A DNA stretch of 64,000 bases from the human T2T-CHM13v2.0 reference genome, Homo sapiens: the NCBI RefSeq assembly GCF_009914755.1, contig NC_060935.1; one strand, written 5' to 3'. Made by a program: the position numbers and the translations under genes. The notes below the pieces were generated by a model. The model saw only the letters and a program-made list of their open reading frames with translations. It was not told the DNA's origin and searched no databases. Shown piece by piece: positions 57,801-64,000 of this stretch; within the stretch, counting starts at the first letter, position 1, and every line of letters begins with the position of its first letter.

Positions 57801-58109
57801 ACAGTTATGGAGGCAAGGGAAACAGGCCCTTGAAAAGAAGGTAATGTGGAGTGGTAACCTCCCTATTGATTAAGAAGGGGACGGGCTTACCTTCCACTGT
57901 GAGAGTTACTTAAAGCTCGGCATCCGTGATGGGTTAGGGGGCTTCTGAGGCGATCGGGCAGTGTCAGTCTTCAGCCGCTAGGCTGAGAAGATCTGGGAAG
58001 GAGTCAGTCAGAGAGCCTTGGGCCAGAGTTCCAGGGGCTCTGGGAGTGGCTGCCAGGTGAGTTGAACAGTCCGATTTTCAGTGGGGTCCCACACAGATGG
58101 GACGTGACT

Positions 58110-59060
58110 TAGGAGGAATCCCGGGCTGTGGGCATTACTTGGCCCAGTGGCCAGATTTCCAGCACGTGTAGCAAGCTCCTGGGGGAGGAGGTTCTGGAGG
58201 AATGCCTGACTGCTGCGGTTCAGGCGTTTGGAAGTTCTTGTGTGCTGGAGATGTGGCTGGGGTTTGTCTCACAGTGGAGGCAAGGAATTGCAACTTTTTT
58301 CTGTTATTGCACACCTTGAAGGTGAGGTTAATTAAGTCCTGTTGTGGGGTTTGAGGGCCAGATTCCAATTTTTGGAGTTTTATTTAATGTCGGGAGCAGA
58401 TTGGGTAATAAAATGTATATTGAGAATAAGACGGCCTTTTGACCTTTTAGGGTCTAGGGCTGTAAAGCGTCTCAGGGTTGCTGCCAAACGAGCCATGAAC
58501 TGGGCTGGATTTTTATATTTGAGGAAAAAGAGCCTAAACGCTATCTGATTTGGGATAAAGAAAAAGGAGCATTAACCTTGACTATGCCTTTAGCTCCAGC
58601 CACCTTTTTAAGAGTAAATTGCTGGGCAGGTGGGGGAGGGCTAGTCACAGAATGAAACTGTAAGCTGGACCAGGTGTGAGCAGGGGAGGCGATAAAAAGA
58701 TTATAGGGTGGGGGAGCAGAGGCTGAGGAAGAATTGGGACCTAGCTTGGCCTGGCGAGGAGGGGAGAGGTCAGATGGGTCTGTAGAAAAGGAAGATTAGA
58801 AAGACTCAGTGACACTTGGGGTTGGGACCGAGGAGACAGGTGGGAGGGAAAGAAGGAAGATTTTTGACGAGTTGCATTGGGCACAGAGACTAGGAAGGGA
58901 CTGATGTGTAAAAGATGCCTGGACGTCAGGCACCTCAGACCATTTGCCAATTTTATGACAAGAATTATTTAGATCTTGTAGGATGGAAAAATTGGAAGTG
59001 CCATTTTCTGGCTATTTGAAACTACTGTCGACTTTGTATTGGGGTCAAGCGGCATTGCAG
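58110..59060 (-). pseudogene. HERV-H gag remnant
   Basis: ORF 58135-58368 ends in a zinc knuckle CYTCWKSGHWAK truncated by a stop codon. Confidence 0.85.
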
Positions 59061-59976
59061 AAGAAAATAAGATGTTTAGATTTTAGGTCAGGTGAGAGTT
59101 GAAGAGGTTTTAAGTTCTGAAGAATACAGGCTAAGGGAGAAGGAGGAGGAATGGAAGGTGGAAGCTTACCCATAGTGAAGGAGGCAAGCCCAGAGAAAAG
59201 AGTAGAGACACGGAGAAGGGGTGGGGGGTTCTTGCCCTCCAGAAAAGCAGAGAAGGGGTTGAGGCACGGAAGTAATTGATTGGGGCACAGAGATAAGAGG
59301 TTGGGGTGTGGAAATAAGCGATTGGGGGGTTCTTGCCCTGTAGGAAAGCGGGACTTGCTGCTAAGGGTGAAGGAGAAGGGGTTGAGGGGTACTTGCCTCT
59401 GCCCCAGAAAAGCAGATAAGGGGTAGAGACAAGGGGAGAAGGGGTTGGGGTACTTGCCCCTTCCCCAGAAAAGCAGAGAAGGGGTAGAGACAAGGAGAGA
59501 AGGGGTTGGGGTACTTGCCCCTTCCCCAGAAAAGTGGGACTTGCCGCTAAGAGTGAAGGACCAAGGCAGGCGTCCCTGCATGGTCTGACACCCTTGAAAC
59601 GTGGGTGAATAATCAGAGAGGTGTCCCTGCAATGATTAAACACCAAGGGAAGGCTGCCTTCCCAGTCCATGACCGGCGCTGGAGTTTTGGGTCCACGGAT
59701 AAAACGTGTCTCCTTTGCCTCTACTAGAAAATGAAAGGAATTGAAATTAAGAGAGGGGAGAGATTGAAGTGTGGCACCAAGATTGAAAGGAGAAAGAGGT
59801 TGAGGGATAGTGAGGGAGGTTGAAGAAGAGAGTAAAAAGAGGCCACTTACGAGATTTGAAATTGGTGAGATGTTTCTTCGGCTGGTCGATCTGAGGACCT
59901 GAGGTCGTAGGTGGATCTTTTTCATGGAGCAAAGAGCAGGCGGATGGGGGATTGATCTCCCAAGAGAGGTCCCCCA

Positions 59977-59994
59977 ATCCGAGTCACGGCACCA
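59977..59994 (-). other. Primer binding site complementary to tRNA-His
   Basis: Minus strand TGGTGCCGTGACTCGGAT, 2 nt downstream of the 5' LTR. Confidence 0.96.
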
Positions 59995-59996
59995 AA

Positions 59997-60450
59997 TTTC
60001 ATGTGCATCCATGTGAAGAGACCACCAAACAGGCTTTGTGTGAGCAACATGGCTGTTTATTTCACCTGGGTGCAGGTGGGCTGAGTCCGAAAAGAGTCAG
60101 CGAAGGGAGATAAGGGTGGGGCCGTTTTATAGGATTTGGGTAGGTAAAGGAAAATTACAGTCAAAAGGGGGTTTGTTCTCTGGCGGGCAGGAGTGGGGGT
60201 CGCAAGATGCTCAGTGGGGGTGCTTTTTGAGCCAGGATGAGCCAGGAAAAGGACTTTCACAAGGTAATGTCATCACTTAAGGCAAGGACCGGCCATTTAC
60301 ACTTCTTTTGTGGTGGAATATCATCAGTTAAGGTGGGGCAGGGCATATTCACTTCTTTTGTGATTCTTCAGTTACTTCAGGCCATCTGGGCATATATACG
60401 TGCAAGTGACAGGGGATGCGATGTCTTGGCTTGGGCTCAGAGGCCTGACA
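59997..60450 (-). promoter_or_regulatory. HERV-H 5' LTR (LTR7, LTR7up-type) promoter/enhancer
   Basis: TATAAAA at 60125-60131, two ACAAAAGA SOX-type blocks (60304-60311, 60354-60361) and a KLF-type GCCCCACC (60332-60339). Promoter activity is inferred from family knowledge, not shown here. Confidence 0.85.
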
Positions 60451-61569
60451 GTATTTATTCTATTTTTTTAACTTAAAAAGTTACTTTTTAAAAGTTTAGT
60501 TTAATCCTTAAAAAAAACTCTTGGGTAGTAATAACAGGAACTATTATAAATAAAACTTCATTTTACACAAGGGAAAAGGGAGATTTAGCATGATTAGATA
60601 ACATTCTTTTGGTAATAGAATTAATGTGAACAGAAAAAATGACCTAAAGTCTCTTGACACTAAAGCCCAGGCTTAATTCATTATTTCTTATTAAATCCAT
60701 ATAGGAGAAGAAATGCTTACTGCCAATACCATGACAGATAACAAATTATCAGGTGAAAATATTTAATTAAAAATACTAAAATCATCTTTTGGAATGAATT
60801 TCAAAGTTGACCCTATTACGAGGCTAGATTTATTCTTAGAGTTTTTATGTTAAATGAAGCAAGTAAAATATGGTGTTAATTATAGTCTAAAATGGTGTGA
60901 AAATGTACATTAGAGATGACTAATTCATGGGGTTTCATTAAGATCTTAGATGATTTTAACATGAAGTAAAAAACTCATCATCTTCCTATGGGCCATAGAA
61001 TTATTTTTCCACTAAACAATTTCTCCATTTTCACATACACAATTCTGAATTGAAATGAATCTCTTCCATTCTTTATCTTTATTTTCCTTCTTTGTATCAC
61101 TGTTATGATATGTATCACAGCCTGGTTTATATGAAATATTCATCTGTTCATCTATTCATTGATTCAGCAAATACTTACTATCTGCCATGTCCCAAACATT
61201 GCATTATTCACTGAGATAGAGATGTAAATATAACCAAAACATTAGATGTCTCTATGTGTTATTATGAGAACAAGACACACTGTGGGCTGAGACTATGCCA
61301 TCCCCTCTTCTTAGTATCAAAACCTCTCTGGGATAGCTACAAAAAATTAAAGCATCAAGTGTTAAGTTGGATATTTTAGGTTGAGGACAAGGTTGAAAAA
61401 AATGGGGGAGAATTTTAGGAGAGAAAAAAAGGTATTTTACTATTTGTTTATGTTGAGAATAATTGTCATTGTTAGACAGTTGATGCAAAATTTTACTTTT
61501 GATGTAAATTTTGTTGGAAAATAGATATTCAACATTTCTTGCTGATATATTTGCAAACTATTTGCTCTT

Positions 61570-61930
61570 CACAGGAACTCCAAAGCTCAGTGGCTTAGAA
61601 CTTCAGTAATTTATTCCTCCTAAAGCATCTGTAGGTCAGCTGGTTCTGCTGATTGAAGCTGGGCTCTGCATGTGCTCAGCTCCAAGTTGTAGATGAGGTC
61701 TATATCTGCTCTGCACATCACTTCTTCCTTCTTAGGCCAACACTGACTGAAGTATGTTCTTTTTATAATTAAAGGCAGAAGAACAAGACCAACTATGCAA
61801 GCATATTTCAAACCTCTGCTCACCACATTATAATCTGCTAATATGCCATTGGACAAAGCATCTCACATAGCCATATATTGTGTCTCAAGAGTCAGAAGGT
61901 GTGACCTGTCACCCTGAAGTCATGACAAAT
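61570..61930 (-). mobile_element. MLT1H/I/J-like LTR
   Basis: CTCAGTGGCTTAGAAC...TGTAGGTCAGCTGG...GCTAATATGCCATTGGACAAAGCATCTCACATAGCC. Confidence 0.6.
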
Positions 61931-63053
61931 GTATAGGTGCATATTGACCTTGTTTCTTATCATTAATAAAATACAAACACATAGTAGAAAACTGTTGTAG
62001 GCTAACTATAGCCTGAATAGCCATTTAGTGGTAGCTATATCAACATACTCTGCTTTTTATGCTCCTGCACAAAGCCAAACCCTCCAGATGTGTAGTGTTC
62101 TACTATTTTTCTCCCTACTTGAGAACATTTCTCCAGTAGTTTTACCATCTCACTACTATATCATAGTTCTTCACTCTCTATTGAGTCATTCTCATTGGAA
62201 ATCAAATACAATACCTCATTAAAAAAATTCTTCACATTTTAAAAAACTTGTCTTTATGATTTTAGTTCAGTTGTTCTCCCTGCAATCTCTCTTAAACCTA
62301 TTTCAGTTTTATATGTATATTACATACATAACAACTAGCTAGTTATAACTATCCAAAGGCTCTCCTATCAGCGTGTGTGCTAATTGTGAATTAAGAAATT
62401 TAACAGTAAAGGCAGGAAAATAAGAAGAACATTAATAATAAGTAAATGGAGAGTGTTAGTTTTTTTTCTGCAATCAATTAAGTCCTACAAATTTTATGGA
62501 TTGTGATGGCTATAACTGAAATGTAGGGGATATGCTGGACACCAGTAGATTCCATATGCTTGGCTGTGATGGCAGATAGGAAGAATGATGAAAGATCATG
62601 AACCTGACTCAAATAGATACTCATGTGTGCACGTGGACACCTGTGCATGTGCATGTGTGTATGTGTGTATGAGTGTGCATGTGTGTGTATCATATAGATA
62701 TATCCCTGTGTCTTCTAGGCATGTATCTTAGTATGCAGAGAAGGGACTGAATGAATATGCCCAAAGATGTGTAACACTCATTGTCTCTGGGTGAGTGAGA
62801 TGTGGAATTACTTCTTAATTTCTTTTTCTTAATATACCTGTATTTTCTGTAATGTATATTGCTTTGTAATATACAAAAGTAAAATTTATTTAAATAAAAG
62901 TTTATGATGTACACATATACTTAGTGGGTTATTGATTCTTCAAACAGGCAAATTAGTCTATGTGGTAAACTTTATTTCAAAAAAAATGGATATAAGGATC
63001 TCTCAACTCACATACTCTTCTTACCAAGTGACTTTGACAATTCTTTCATAGGG

Positions 63054-63124
63054 AGATGAAGAAGAAGTATGGAAGAAGTAAGTATGGAAGAAGTAAGATG
63101 AAGAAGAAGTATGGAAGAAGTAAG
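63054..63124 (+). repeat. Compound tandem duplication of TATGGAAGAAGTAAG / ATGAAGAAGAAG units
   Basis: ATGAAGAAGAAG-TATGGAAGAAGTAAG-TATGGAAGAAGTAAG-ATGAAGAAGAAG-TATGGAAGAAGTAAG, read directly. Confidence 0.9.
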
Positions 63125-63394
63125 GTAAGTGTTTAATGAGACTGAGTCGCGAAAAGCATTGCAGCTTCTTGGATTTCTTAAGTCAGTCTTGGAACTCAGC
63201 CAGCATGTTATGAGAAATCCCATGTGCCTTGCACAGAAGCTCAAATGAGAAGAAGAAAACCGCTCACACTATTTTACCAGCCAAGTGAATAAGCCACTTT
63301 GAAAGTGGATTCCTCAGCCTAGATGAGCTGCCCATTTGATGCTGCAGAGAGGAACCTTTCTCACTGAGTTGCACAGCAGTAGATAACCAGGGTA

Positions 63395-63640
63395 GTCAGT
63401 ATAATCTGGTAATTAATAGCTTGGATATTGGAGATAAACAGATGTCAATCTTGGCTCTACCACTTATCAGCTCTGTGACCGTATGCAAGTTTCTTAGCCA
63501 CTCTGGTTCTTCAGTTTCTTATTTATAAAATGAAGGTAAGAATGATATACCTCTCCTAAACAAGTGATGAGTGTAACTAAGATAATTCATATAAACTACA
63601 GAGTAATAGTTCAATAAATTGTAACTGCTATTTTGTTATT
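63395..63640 (+). mobile_element. MIR
   Basis: AATCTTGGCTCTACCACTTATCAGCTCTGTGACC...CTTCAGTTTCTTATTTATAAAATG is the MIR core. Confidence 0.75.
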
Positions 63641-64000
63641 TTGTTGTTGCTAATGTCCTGTAATGATGTTGGGGGAGAATGACCAGTATCACTTCTATTC
63701 ATTATACTCATGTTTAGATTAAAACACAGGGAGACTAAATAGGAGGGCATTTAGGCACGTGGCAGTAATAACTCTAATTCCTATCATTAATGTGCTCGGA
63801 AGTACATTACTCTCTACCAAAAAAAGTTCTGAGATGTACTTTGTGAACTGTCATAAGCGGCTGATTGCTCTATTAGGTCTCCTGAGAATCTGAAGTCTTT
63901 GCTTCTGTGTTTTCCTAGTTGTATAAAAAAAGAAGAGCAACAACTCTTGAAGGAGAAAGTGATTAAAGAGAACTCATTAATGCATAAATGGTTGGGCATC

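Larger units (their letters stand above)
54701..60450 (-). mobile_element. HERV-H provirus (5750 bp, internally deleted type) with two LTR7 LTRs
   Basis: Two 454-bp direct LTRs, a perfect 5-bp TSD GTATT (54696-54700 / 60451-60455), His PBS, PPT, and gag/pol/env remnants. Confidence 0.98.

Noticed and set aside
59977-59994. tRNA-His gene
   Set aside because: Only the 18-nt retroviral PBS complement is present; there is no tRNA body.

Overview
This is hominoid (most likely human) genomic DNA: AT-rich, intergenic or deep intronic, with no host protein-coding exon, RNA gene or CpG island that I can support. It is a layered transposable-element landscape. The main elements are a near full-length old L1 (L1PA15/16-like, minus strand, 1-7530, with a ~2.8 kb 5'UTR), a 5'-truncated L1PA2 lacking a target-site duplication (46912-49451), several L1 3' fragments and four AluS. 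There are also MaLR/ERV solo LTRs (MLT1C, THE1B/C/D, MLT2A, MST, MER57B), MIR/L2/L3 relics and hAT fossils. The last major element is a two-LTR HERV-H provirus of the LTR7up type (54701-60450, minus strand, TSD GTATT, perfect tRNA-His PBS). All ORFs in the track are TE remnants or chance ORFs. The most notable observations are: (i) the two HERV-H LTRs are identical over 300 bp of U3, with all 7 differences in the other 154 bp (candidate LTR-LTR gene conversion); (ii) one of those differences creates a 5'-LTR-only AUG that opens a 293-codon leader ORF; (iii) a 73-nt GAAGAA-rich candidate exon built from local duplications; (iv) several template-switch hairpins and an Alu-like micro-patch inside older repeats. 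I found no convincing new biological system. Subfamily names come from remembered consensus motifs and were not checked by a search.
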